A stretch of DNA of 64,000 nt, taken from Cyanophora paradoxa CCMP329 (lineage: Eukaryota > Plantae > Glaucophyta). Each line of letters opens with the position of its first letter. Position 1 is the stretch's first letter. This document shows, in pieces, positions 33,740-48,669 of this stretch. The position numbers and the translations under genes are program-made. The notes under the pieces are model-generated. The model ran no database searches and was not told the DNA's origin. It saw only the letters and a program-made list of their open reading frames with translations. The DNA lies in assembly GCA_004431415.1 (NCBI GenBank), contig QPMI01000398.1:8431-72430 (forward strand), written 5' to 3'.

Positions 33740-35770
33740 CGGACGGGGGCAGCGCGGCAAGGGAGGGGTACTCGACGAAGGGAGGGGGGCCGAAGGCGGC
33801 GACGAGGCGGGCGGCGGCGGGGTCGGCGGGCGAGAGGGGCGCCGCGGCAGTCCGGGGGGTACAATGCAGGTGCGGCCGCCCCGCCGGGAGGTGAGGGTCC
33901 CTGCGCTTTCCCTCGGCGGGGGGCAGGGGAGGGGAGGGGAGGAAGCGGGCGGGCAGTACGCGCGCTCGGCACTGGAGGTACTGGAGCTCGACGAGGGTAC
34001 CCGGGCACAGGAGGGGGAGAAGCCGAGCCACGCCCTCCTCCCACCTGCGCGCCGTCCGATGAGCATAGAGGGGGGGACACGGGAAGCGGGGGGAGGCAGG
34101 TGGAGGGGGGGCGGGGGGTACAGGTGGAGGCAGACGGGCCGGTCGGGGTATCGGCGACGACCACAGTCACGCGGAGCCGCCTGCGGCGGCCGCTCTGGCC
34201 GGATGCCGGCGGAGGGCCTGCGGCAGGCGCGGCGCGGCTGCGCAGGTCACCGGAGGGAAGGGCGAGGGGAGGGGAAGGGACGGGGTACCGAGGACGCGGA
34301 CGCGGACGTGGAGGAGGGTATCGGGCTGGAGGGCGGCCAGGGAGGGGGCGAAGTCGACGGGGCCGCGGGGCGGCGGGCGGGGGCGCGGGGGCCGGCGGCG
34401 GCCGCAGGAGGGGCGCGTGGTGCTCGGCGGCCCACGTTGCAAGCCCGTCGACAACCTGCGAACGAAGTCAAGCCGGGAGGGCGCCCGGACATTCGACGAC
34501 AACGAGCCTCGGGGTCAGGCGGCGGGTGCAGCGGCCGGCCGTACGGCTCCGGGGCTCGCTCGGGGCCCGTCCGCAGCCTCCGGAGGACCCTCGCGTCCGA
34601 GGCCCGACCTGCGGCCCGCGCTCGCCACGCGCTGAGGGGGGTACACGGCACGAGCACGCGCCCACGTTGCCTGTGACCTGAGGGCGCGGGTCAGGTGAGA
34701 TCCGCCAGGCGCGGCGCCCCCGCCCCCCGCACCTGGCCCTGCCACTCCTTCAGAGCCACGCTGAAGACCTGGAGCACGTCGCCGGGCCACAGGCGCTGCG
34801 CCCAGGCCGCTCCCGCCCGCCAGAACGTCAGCTGCGGCGGGCGCGGCGTCAGCGTGGCGCGCGCGGGGGGAACGGTCTCCCGGGGGAACGGACGCGGAGG
34901 CGTTCGCCGGACCGGTCCGCGACGATGACGTTGGACGTGGAGACGTGCTCCGAGCCGCAGAGGACCGCTTGCTCGGGGAAGATCTGAGAGGAGCGTTCGC
35001 CCGGCGGACGGGCGGACGGGCGGGCGGTGGCGCGGGCGGCGGGCGGGAGCGCGGGTGGGGCGCGGGGCGTGCCTGCATGACCACACCGAGGACCGCGGCT
35101 TGCTCTCCCGCCCGCAGGTCCGCGAGCGTACGAGGCCGCTTCGCCGCCGGCGGCGTCGCCCCCGCGGGCCCCACCGGCCGCTTCGCCCCGGCGGCGGCGC
35201 CGGGGGCGCCGGGGGCGGAAGCGGGGCCGGCCGGCGGGCCCGAGCGGCTCCTCTCCGGCGTGGTGACGGTGCACGCACGGCGGCGCGGGCCGCCGGGAGG
35301 CTGCAGCTGGACGCGCGGGCGGGCGGAGGCGCGGAGAGAGGCTCCGGCTCCGGCGGCGGGCCGGGCGGCGGCTCCGCCGGTGGCTCTGGTGCTGCTGCAG
35401 CAGCAGCGGCCGCTGCGGCGATGTCGTACTCCTCCAAAAGGCGGAGCGAGAGCTCCTGCAAGGCCTCGTACTCCTCCGCGTCGCTGTCGCGCGGCGGCGC
35501 CGCCTCCTGCTCCGCCGCACGGGCGGCGGCGGGCGACCGCGCCGGCGACGGCAGCCGCCGCGCCGGCGAACTCTCTCGCGCAGGCGACGCCGGCAGCGAG
35601 CCGCCGCTGCATCCGCTGGGCCGACGCCGGGCCGCGCGTGGGTTCCAGGATCGAGCGCTTTCGCGTCTCCCGCCTCGACCCAGGATCGCCGGGGTGCTCG
35701 TCGTCGGGAGAGACGGGTCCAGCTCCAGTTCGAGCTCGCCTGCGCCGCCCTGGTCGCCCTCGTCGGCTGC
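33740..35770. repeat. ~2-kb duplication, copy A (copy B ~37500-39285)
   Basis: Shared GC-rich repeat plus OB-fold gene fragment, e.g. gggtaccgaggacgcggacgcggacgtgg at ~34283 and ~37821. Confidence 0.9.
34655..35770 (-). pseudogene. OB-fold gene fragment, copy A (no start, truncated)
   Basis: Same exons as copy B but lacks the MAPADD start region. Confidence 0.5.
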
Positions 35771-38204
35771 TCAGCTATCCCGAGCTCAAAGCGAGCCGAG
35801 CAATGAACGACCCGCTGGCCGCCCTCACCTGCGCCACCTACCTCCGCTGGGCGGCGAGTGACGCCGAGGTAACGGCGAGGTTGCAGAGGGGGGCACCCTA
35901 ATTTCGCGGCGTCATCTCCGCTGCGAGTGAAGCCCACGTGCACGGCGAGCTGTCTCGTTGGTCTCAAGCACTCCTGGAAGATCTCTCAGCGCCGCGCGGC
36001 CCCCGCAGCCGCCCTGCTCTCCACAAACTTGTCCCCGTGCGAGCCCGCCGAGCCTCGTTGAGCCAGCCGAGTCTTCCCAGAAGCCAACTCCCCAAACACC
36101 AGGCCGCTGAACTTCTGCCCCCCGCGTGCTCCACATGCTTCGTGCCTCCGTTGCACTTGTCAACTGCAGCCGCGTGCACGTGGTGCGCTCACGGCTCGAG
36201 TTGAGAATGACGCCTTTGCACAACTTGGTCCCCAAACGCATCGCATCTGCACAGCCCGCATCTTCAACTGCAACCTTGCGTGACTGTGAGCTCCCCAATG
36301 CCCATTCCTGGCCTTCGAATTGAGTTTGCAAGCCTTTTTCCACGATGTTTAATGTTAGCATGCAGATGGTGAAATCGTGGGCTCGTTGCGCAAGGCCCTC
36401 GCCTGCAAGGACCCAAATGAGCGAGCGCTTCTGGTGGCTGTGGTGCTCTTTATATCGATTGCCCGCTTCGGCCTTTTCGGGCGGCGGTATGCTTAAACAG
36501 AACTCTGCAGTCTCTTGAACAAGTGGTTCACTTCTCCAACCGCGAGGTTCTGCAAGCAATCAGCAGCTCGAACTCTCAGCTGATGAACGAGGTGCGGTGC
36601 TTTCCACGCGTTGTGCGCGAGACACGGCTAAGCTCCGAAACCAGATTGGCAAGACAAAGAATGAGATGGGGGAGATGCGGGTCGAGGTGAGATGTTTTGA
36701 CCGCTTTGTGCAGATGAGGGACACGGCTAAGCTCTAAGCCAGATGGGAACGATGAAGAACGAGTTGGAGGGCGGGTGAGATGCTTTGACCGCGTTGTTCG
36801 CGGGCGGGACACGGCTAATCAGCAAGCCAGATGGGAAACATGAAGAACGATGTGGAATGGATCTCCAGCGGATTCAAGGTTCGAGACTTGCTTTTATGCT
36901 CGTTTCGTCCAGTCCAAGCTGACGAGTGCATGCCAGATACTGCTTGGTGCAGTGACCTTGCTCGGCGTCGGCGCCATCGGCACGACTGCGCAGTCGTGCG
37001 TTTCTGTTCATTGCTTACTTTCTTTTTTTTGTCTTCTGAGTCGGTCGCGCATACAGCGTTCTCGATTGGATTCGCTCCTTAATGCGATCATAAGCTCTGC
37101 TCCACCCCTCTTTTCTTTCTTCTCCGCTTCGTGTTTTGGGAGCCTGGACAAAGTGACGAGATCTAGGCCTGCGAGCGCTCGTTCGAAGGACCGGAAGGTC
37201 TTGGAGCTTCTGGTGGGTAATGCAATGCACTGGACCTGCACTTGTGCAGTTGTATTGTAGCAAAATTTGCAATTGTGAGGTTGTATAGTAGCAAGGGATC
37301 TTGAGCTTGCATTCGATATTCGCAGCTTGTTTAGTATTCGGATCGAACATGCAATATAATTGCAATACATGAACATGCAGCGTTCAGGGAATTCGAAGGG
37401 GTACGAGCGCGCCGTCGCAAGATCACGGTACGTTCTCGGGCAGCTGCATGCAGGCGGATCCGGAGGAAGGATATGAGTCGCGGGCGGAAACACGGGCGAG
37501 GCCAGACGGGCGCAATGCGGCGAGGAGGGGTACTCGATGAAGGAAGGGGCCAGAGGGCGGCGAGGTGGGCGACGGCAAGGTCGATGGGCGAGAGAGCACG
37601 GGGAAGGGGGGACCGGTGGAGGTACAAGGCCCTTTCGGGGCTATCGGCGACAATCTCAGTCACTGAGTCACACGGAGCCACTTACGGTGTCCGCTCTGGC
37701 CGGACTCCGGTGGATGGGCCTGCAGCGGGCTGCCAGGCGCGGTGCGGCTGCACGGGTCACGGGAGGGCAGGGGAATGGCAGGTGGAAGACGGGGGAGAGG
37801 GGGGGGGGAGGGGAGGGGGGGGTACCGAGGACGCGGACGCGGACGTGGAGGAGGGTATCGGGCTGGAGGGCGGCCAGGGAGGGGGCAAATTCGACGGCGC
37901 CGCGGGGCGGCGGGCGGGGGCGCGGGGGGCCGGCGGCGGGCCGCAGGTGGGGCGCGTGGTGCTCGGCGGCCCACGTTGCAAGCCCGTCGACAATCTGCGA
38001 ACGAAGTCAAGCCGGGAGGGCGCCCGGACGTTCGACGGCAACGAGCCTCAGGGTCAGGCGGCGGGTGCAGCGGCCGGCCGTACGGCTCCGGGGCTCGCTC
38101 GGGGCCCGTCCGGAGCCTCCTTAGGACCCGCGCGTCCGAGGCCCGACCTGCCGCCCGCGCTCGCCACGCGCGCGGGCGCGCCGCGGTGAGGGGGGTACAT
38201 GACA

Positions 38205-39292
38205 CGAGCACGCGCCCACGTTGCCTGTGACCTGAGGGCACGGGTCAGGTGAGATCCGCCAGGCGCGGCGCCCCCGCCCCCCGCACCTGGCCCTGCCACT
38301 CCTTCAGAGCCACGCTGAAGACCTGGAGCACGTCGCCGGGCCACAGGCGCTGCGCCCAGGCCGCTCCCGCCCGCCAGAACGTCAGCTGCGGCGGGCGCGG
38401 CGTCGGCTTGCAATTGGCGCGGGGGGAACGGTCTCCCGGGGGGAACGGACGTGGAGGCGTTCGCCCGACCGGTCCGCCACGATGACGTTCGACGTGGAGA
38501 TGTGCTCCGAGCCGCAGAGGACCGCTTGCTCGGGGAAGATCTGAGAGGAGCGTTCGCCCGGCGGGCGGGCGGGGGCGGGCGTGGGGCGTGCCTGCATGAC
38601 CACCCCGAGGACCTCGGCTTGCTCCCCCGCCCGCAGGTCCGCGAGCGTACGAGGCCGCTTCGCCGGCGGCGGCGGCGCCCCCGCGGGCCCCGCGGGCCGT
38701 TTCGCCCCGGCGGCGGCGGCGCCGGGTGTGGAAGCGGGGCCCGCCGGCGGGCCCGAGCGGCTCCTCTCCGGCGTTGCGACGGTGCACGGCACGGTGGCGC
38801 GGGCCGCCGAGAGGCTGCAGCTGGACGCGCGGGCGGGCGGAGGCGCGGAGAGAGGCTCCGGCTCCGGCGGCGGCCGGGCGGCGGCTCCGCCGGTGGCTCT
38901 GGTGCTGCTGCAGCAGCAGCGGCCGCTGCGGCGAGGTCGTACTCCTCCAAAAGGCGGAGCGAGAGCTCCTGCAAGGCCTCGTACTCCTCCGCGTCGCTGT
39001 CGCGCGGCGGCGCCGCCTCCTGCTCCGCCGCACGGGCGGCGGCGGGCGACCGCGCCGGCGACGGCAGCCGCCGCGCCGGCGAACTCTCTCGCGCAGGCGA
39101 CGCCGGCAGCGAGCCGCCCGCTGCATCCGCTGGGCCGATGCAGGGCCGCGCGTGGGTTCCAGGATCGAGCGCTTTCGCGTCTCCCGTCTCGACGCCAGGA
39201 TCGCCGGGGTGCTCGTCGTCGGGGAGCGACGGGTCCAGCTCCAGTTCGAGCTCGCCCGCGCCGCCCTGGTCGCCATCGTCGGCTGGCGCCAT
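38205..39292 (-). CDS. OB-fold (SHLD2/RPA1-like) protein, apparently 3'-truncated, copy B
   Basis: Spliced LADLRAGEQAEVLGVVMQ-IFP...NVIVADRSGERLH-LTFWRAGAAWAQRLWPGDVLQVFSVALKEWQG-VTGNV; ATG at 39292. Confidence 0.55.
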
Positions 39293-39623
39293 CCGATGAT
39301 CCTCTCCTCTGCCCCGAGCTCGAGCTCAAACCGAGACGCGTTGTAGATCGCTCGCTGGCCGCCCTGAGCCGCGCCAAGCCATCTTTCCGATCAATAGTAG
39401 CCTGCGCTCGCCAGCGAACCTGGCGAGCCGTGAACGTGAACCTGGGGGGGAAGAGGAACAGGGGGCACACCAATTCCGCTTGCATCGTCTCCGCTGCGGT
39501 CGATCCAGCACGGCGCGGGCGTCTCCTTGGTTCTACGCGCTTCAGCGGTGTCCCTTGCGAATTTGCGCGCCAACAGTTTCGCGCCGCAGGCGCCGGCTGG
39601 CCCAGCGCGCGCGGCAGCCTTCC

Positions 39624-41200
39624 AATGGGCGCTGGTTTCGGCCACAGCGCCGTGGCAGCGCTCCCGGACCAGGGCTTCGGCCAACACGCGTTTCTCGGGT
39701 TCGGCCTTGTGAAGAACCGCGTGAGCGTCGACGACCTCGTGGACCTCACACGAACGCTCGATGGTATGCTTTGCGCGCGAACAAGGCTGCGCGTACGCGC
39801 GCTCGTGCTGACCGCCGGTGCAGCTGGAGACGTCGTGCTGCAGAGCTGGTACGACAGCACCGATGCCATGGCTGCGCAGCGTTCCCGCTGGACGTGCGCG
39901 CCGGGCCCGGTTCCTCTTCCTCGTTGCTTTCTCAGCGCTAGCCGGGGGCTGTGCTCGAGCTGACCCCGCGTCCTGCAGGCACGTCGCCCTCGTGTACAAG
40001 CGCGATGGCGTGCACTGCCGATCCATCGACAAGTGGAACGAGGAGAACGCAAAGGGGACCGAGGCGCGCGTGCCGCACTCCGTTCCGATCCGTCCGCTTT
40101 TACACGTTGACCGATCGAGTCCGGGGATATCTATGCGGCAGGTGGACGAGGTGTGTATGATGGAGGCATGGCTACGCGACCCCGGGGACGTCCCCCCTCC
40201 CTGCGACAGTCCGCCGCGCCGCGCCCCAGCCGCAGCCGCGCCCCGTACGTACCCCCCAGCTCACTCGAGCTCCGCGCGGCTCGGAGCGCAGACATGAACC
40301 TCACTCCACGTGCGCGTGCGCGTGCGCGTGCCGCGAGCCGCCGGGCGGTGCCGGCCGCGGCGCCGTCTTTCTGACGGCTCCGAAACGCAGTACCCCTCCG
40401 GACGCGCCAGTACCTCGTTCCCGATGGCAAGGGGCCCCTCGCGATGGGTGTTCGCCGCCTGTTGGCGCGCGTGTACCCTTTACCCAGCCCCCTTCCCCCC
40501 TCCCCCCCCGGCCCCCCCTCCCCCCACCCCTTCCTCCCCCTTCTCCACTTCCTGAGCAATCGATCTGACTGAGGTCTGACTCAGAACGTGGAAAGGACCC
40601 CGGAATTCCGCCGGAAATTGGAGGCGTTCTGGCACGAGGTCGGGCTGCCCGAACGCTCCGCACATCGTACCCCCGTCTCCCCCACATTTTCGCAGGTAAA
40701 AGACCGGAGGTACGAGACGGACTGGTGGGAGAAGGCGAAGAGCGCCCTGGACATGGCGGACGCCCCGGGGTACGCGTACGCGGTTCAAAGGGGGTTACGA
40801 TGTATATCTGAGCTCGGGGTACGTCCGGCAGGTCGGCGCCGGACCCCGGGCGGAGGCACGTGCTCCGGTGGTCCCAGAACATGGCCAGCGAGCGGGAGCT
40901 CTTCTGCTCGGAGCTGGTCGCCCTGGCCTGCAGGCCCGCGCCTTACTAAGTTACCCTCTGTTACCGTACCCCTGCCGATCTGATCCAGCCTATTTTGTTC
41001 CATGCAGAGGCTGGGGGTTCTCGCGAACGGGCCCGGGTACCCCCCTCCAACGAGTACTGTCCGCCCTTGCCGCTTAAGCTTGGGACTGCCGAACTGATCT
41101 CTCACTTTGCGATTCATGATCAGGCCCCGGCGACTTCGGCGAGGACCGGGCCGCGGCGCTGCCCCTCGTGGGCGGCGCGGCGCTCGGCGATCTGATTTGG
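39624..41200 (+). CDS. Hypothetical spliced host gene (boundaries uncertain)
   Basis: Protein-like exons (FGLVKNRVSVDDLVDLTRTLDG, HVALVYKRDG, TPEFRRKLEAFWHE, VKDRRYETDWWEKAK) separated by GT/GC-AG bounded segments. Confidence 0.3.
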
Positions 41201-41574
41201 GCGGCCGTGAGGTGATGCGATACCGTAGTACGGGCCTCACTAGCGCCAGCTTAGATGTAGAAGCCATCTTATTAGCTAACGCGCGTAGATTGTAAATATA
41301 ATCATGCAGTGAGCTGTGGCTAGCTATAGCTATAGGCTAGGGGACGGGAAGCGTAAGGACGAAAGAGGCGCGAACAGGGGACTGGCGCCATCTTATAAGC
41401 TTGAACAGTAACGTTAACGCGCGTAGATTGTAAATATAAAAATAATCAGTGAGCTGTGGGTAGGCTGGCTAGATTGTAAATACAAATATAAACAGTGATC
41501 ATGAGCTGTGGCTAGCTATAGCTATAGCTAAAGGACGGAAAGACGGAAAGGACGAAGGACGGAAAGGACGAAGG

Positions 41575-42364
41575 CTAGGGGACGGGAAGCGGAAGGACGA
41601 AAGAGGCGCGGGCGTGGAAGTCGGGGGCCCGCCCGCAGTGCCGCAGAGCGAAGTACTCCGCGCGCCCCTCCGGCGCCTCCGCCACGACCGCCGTGAGCGA
41701 AGCCTGCGAATGAGATTAGATTTGATCAGATCTAGAGGCGGGCGGGGCGCGGCGGGGCGGGGCGGGAGGGACCTGGAGGGGTCCCTGTGCGAAAGGAGCG
41801 TCGAAGGAGCATCGGACGGCAAGCTCCCGGTCGCCGATGCGCAGCCGGTCGAACCGGATGTCCCGCACCCGCCCTCCTCCTGCGCGGCCGGCCGCGGGCG
41901 GCGCGCGCGCTCTACGATCAGCGCCGAGGCGACTGCGCCAGCGTACGGAAAGAAGGGCAGCGGAGGCGCGCCTTCATGGGCTGACTTCTGTAGTGCTCGA
42001 ATCGGAAAACGTTCCACGCGCCGCTGGGCGAGACGTTCAGCTCCCAGTACGCGTCGGAGCCTGCGGGCCGAAGAACGCTTCCAGGCACGTCGTAGTCCAT
42101 AGCCCGACGGTGCGCGGTCTCCTGGGCAGCTCCTCCGGAACGACCAGCCGCTGCAGGTCACCGCTGATCACTGCGAAAAACGTCGCCGCATCAGCGCGTC
42201 GCGCGTACGTCGTAGCGTGCGGAGGGCCGCGGTCGCTACGAACCCCATTCGAAATGAAGTTCAGTGCCGAGACGCTGGACCCGCGCGGACACGTTGAACG
42301 GCGACCGGCCGAACGGGGCGAGGTTCACGAGGGGCGGCAGCTCGGACGAGGTCGGCGCCTCCAT
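41575..42364 (-). CDS. DOMON-like protein, copy 2 (apparent homopolymer frameshifts)
   Basis: Paralog of 22218-23003; C-terminus DFHARASFVLPLPVP*. Confidence 0.7.
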
Positions 42365-42558
42365 CCGATGCACGGCAGAGGCCGGTCCAGGGTTTGTGGG
42401 AGTAAAAGTTGCAGCTAACTGAGCTAAGCAGCACTGGGGTACAGGCAAACTTGGAGGGAGTGGCGCGGAGGTGGACGCACGTTGGGTCAGCAAGAGACGT
42501 AGCTAGCTAGAGAGCGTGTCGGCGTCGCTTGCCGGCACGCGGGGAGCCCAGGCGCAGC

Positions 42559-45350
<2,792 letters not shown>

Positions 45351-45533
45351 TGACCCGGCGAGATCTAGCTATAGCTAGATCTAGATCTCTAGAGGACCGT
45401 CGACGTCGCTGCTGTACTGCACTGCGGCAGCTGTGAGCCTGCATGCGCACTGAGAATCGTGTATCCCGACTCGGAGACTCAAACGTGCTTGGCCAGCGCC
45501 CGCGCCACGCAAGCACCACATCCCCAAAACGGA

Positions 45534-46699
45534 ATGATTCCAGCAGCAGCGTTCGTCCCGCCGCCGCTGCCCGCCCAGCTCGGCGCGCGGTGGAAGTCGA
45601 CGACGCGGGCGCTCGGCAACCGTAGCGAAAGCGCCAACCAGCTCAAGATCGGCGTTAATGGGCCTCAGAAAAGGCCGGAACAGCAGCGGCGCTGGCGGGC
45701 GCTTCCTGCGGCGGGCGTTCAGGTCGTGGCCTCCGCCGCGGGCGGCCATTCCCCGCGATCGGAGGCGGCAGCTACGCCGGATTTCGCTCCCGTCGGGCGC
45801 CGCGCGGCGCTCCTGTCCGCCGCCGCCGCCGCCGCCCTGCAGCTCGCCGCGCCGTTCGCCCTGCGCGCGCGGCGGCCGCCCCACTCGAGGAGGACTACAC
45901 GGCGACGCCCTCGGGACTGCGGTTCGTGAGCTTCGCGGAGGGCAACGGCGAGGCGCCGGCGGAGGGCCAGGTCGTGGAGATCAAGTACGCCGCCTACTTC
46001 CTCAACTACGAGGTGCGCGGGCGGCTTTCGGGACCGAGAAAGCTAAGCCGTGGCGATCGGATGTAGCTAGTGCACTGCGCTGGCGCCTAGCTAGACGTAG
46101 CGCGCGCGGTTCGAGCTGAAACGCGCCCCGACCGTGCAGGGCAAGTTCATCGACAAGGTCGCGGGGTACGCCGGTCCCGCCCGCTTTCCTGTACCCCTTC
46201 CTGACGCGGTCCGCACCCCCAGCGACCAGGAGCCCTTCTCGTTCCGGGTAGGCTCGGGTGACGTCATCCCGGGCTGGACGAGGCCGTCCGGGGTATGCGA
46301 CCCGGAGGTGCGGCGCACCCCATCCCTTTCCGAACCTCTCCCCTCCGGTTTTTGAGGCTGGTGTACCCCGGCAGCTATCCGGCGGCTGGTGATCCCCGCG
46401 GAGCTGGGGTACAAGTCGCCGGAGGACGGGCCCAAGCCGCGCAGTGTGCGTGCCCGTACCCCCTTTCGCCCACTCCACCCTTTCGCCTTGGCAGCCTAGA
46501 ACTAGAGCCCGGGCCCCATGGCCGCGCCGCCCCTCTCCATCTCCCCGCCCCATCTCGTAGCCGCCGCTCCCCTCCACCTTCCAACGCCATACCCCTCTGC
46601 AGTTCGGGGCCGGCGGCTGGTGGACTACGTGCTGCGGAACCCGCGCGTGGACGCCTCCGTCCTCATGGACGTCGAGCTCGTCCGCGTCCGCAGGGCTGA
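45534..46699 (+). CDS. FKBP19-like PPIase, copy 2 (apparent homopolymer frameshifts)
   Basis: Paralog of 26188-27362. Confidence 0.82.
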
Positions 46700-47649
46700 T
46701 CATGATGCGCCCGCCGGCGCCTGTATACGAGTTTTCCTTGACATAATTCACTCGCCTGTATACGAGTTTTCCTTGACATAATTCACTCGCCTGTATACGA
46801 GTTTTCCTTGACATAATTCATTTTCCTTGACGACATAATTATAAGCCACTCGTTCTTAGATCTAGAACCCGCGCGTGGACGCCTCCGTCCTCATGGACGT
46901 CGAGCTCGTCCGCGTCCGCAGGGGCTGACGCGCCCGCCGGCCGCGCCCGGGCCCGGAGGGCTGGCTGGGCGACGGGGCTGAGGCGCCCGCCGCGTTTGAC
47001 GGGCCGGGCCCCAGGCCCCAAGTCTAGTAGCCGGATCAATATTTTAATGGGATCCCGTCCGGGCGCATCTCGGAACGTCGAGCTCCTCAGCGTCCCACAG
47101 CCGCGATCCGCCGATCATGATCATCCGCGCCCCGAGCCCCGCCGGAGCATTGAAATACGCGCCCCAAGTCCAAAGCCTCGGCCCCGCGATCACTGTTGTG
47201 CGCAACAAAAACAACTGGGGCTGAATTGAAAAGTACTCTGAATACAAAGTATAAACAAACAATTGCAAGTACATATCAAGAAATGCAAATACAATTTACT
47301 GGGCGCTGCGGATTAGAAAGATCAGACGTATTACTGGACGCTGCAGATTAGAAAGAGTAGACGCGTCACTGGACGCTGCAGGACTTCTCCTCATCGGCGG
47401 TTGGCGGCGGGAGAGGCGCCGGCAGCGACGCGAACGGCTGTCTCATCGAGCGGCAGCGGTAGCGGCTGTCTCAATCCGTTCGCGGCAGCTCGATGAGACA
47501 GCCGTTCGCGTCGTTGCTGGCGCCAACGTTAACGGCAGTCTGGATTGGAGCGGCAGCAGCCCCCGCTTTGACGGGGCTCCGGTCTGGAGCGGGAGCCCCC
47601 GCGGCCGCCTCGAGAGAAAGAGAGGAAGATAGGAGAAAGACCAGAGGCG

Positions 47650-48669
47650 TCACTGGACGCTGCAGGACTTCTCTTCCCCGCGGCCGGCGTCGGCGGCGGG
47701 AGGGGCGCTGGCAGCGACGCGAAGGGCTGCCGAGGCGCCATCAGCTCGAGATGCAGGGCAAGGGGAGGGCAGCGCCCTCTGACCTTCGTGTTGGCGACGG
47801 CGGCGTCGATGTGGCTGCAGAGGCGCGCGATGCACTCCTCCTGCATGCTGTTGTGGAAGAAGAGGGCGTTGTGGCGCGGGAAGTTCGCCATGTCGGGCGG
47901 CAGGCCGGCCGTCGACGGGAAGCGCTCCTGCGGGTCGTCCACCACCGGGATGATCGCCTGCGTGGATTGCGGCCGGCATAAATACACGATATGGATCTCT
48001 CAGGTCTGCGCGCGCGGTTCACGGGCGCCGCGAGTTCAACTCTGATAGTTTTAGCCATGCAGCGCTGGCTCCGCAGACCTTGCCGAGGTGGCACGCCTCC
48101 GCGATCTCGCGGCGCACCCTGCGCGCGGCCAGCGGTCAGAGGAGTGGAAAGAGCGACTCGGCCCCCAGCCACAGCCCGTGCACGCACCAGTCCTCGAGCT
48201 CCTTGCAGCGCTCGAGGGTGCCATCAACGAGGATGAAGACTGCGGGGCGGGCTAAGGGAGAGCTATCCACGATCAACGCAGAGCCGGACCGTCGCAGCAG
48301 GAGGCGCGGAGGGATTCGAGGATCTTCGAGTCGAAGACGCCGCCCTGCAGCGACCGCACGTCTAAGAAGACCTTGTAGCTGTCGGAGAAAGTCCAGGCGT
48401 GAGCCTCGGAGAGAAGTGGGGCGAGTTCGAAGGCGGACCCGTGGCTCTCGAGGGCCTTGCAGAAGAGAGAGGCGAGGTAGTTCTTGCCCCCCATCCGCCG
48501 GTACGTGATGCTGCGCCCTGTTAGCGAGCTCATCTAACAGCTTACGTCAGGTGGATGCACACAAGACGTGGTACTCGTAGCCGGGAGGGAGGGGCGGGAC
48601 GCGCGAAGCGGGGCCGTAGCCGGGCGCTGCACCGTAACCCGGCGTGGGGCTGTAGCCAGGAGCTTGGCC
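47650..48669 (-). pseudogene. TIR-CaaX half of the LRR-SAM-TIR gene, truncated by LINE
   Basis: Near-identical TIR exons; the upstream SAM/LRR part is replaced by the LINE 3' end within the PGYG linker. Confidence 0.8.

Noticed and set aside
30400-34650. Many Arg/Pro/Gly-rich ORFs here and throughout the GC-rich host region
   Set aside because: Expected stop-poor shadow frames in very GC-rich, low-complexity DNA; no recognisable domain. A weak NLIRELRNRESG exon at ~30850 could not be assigned.
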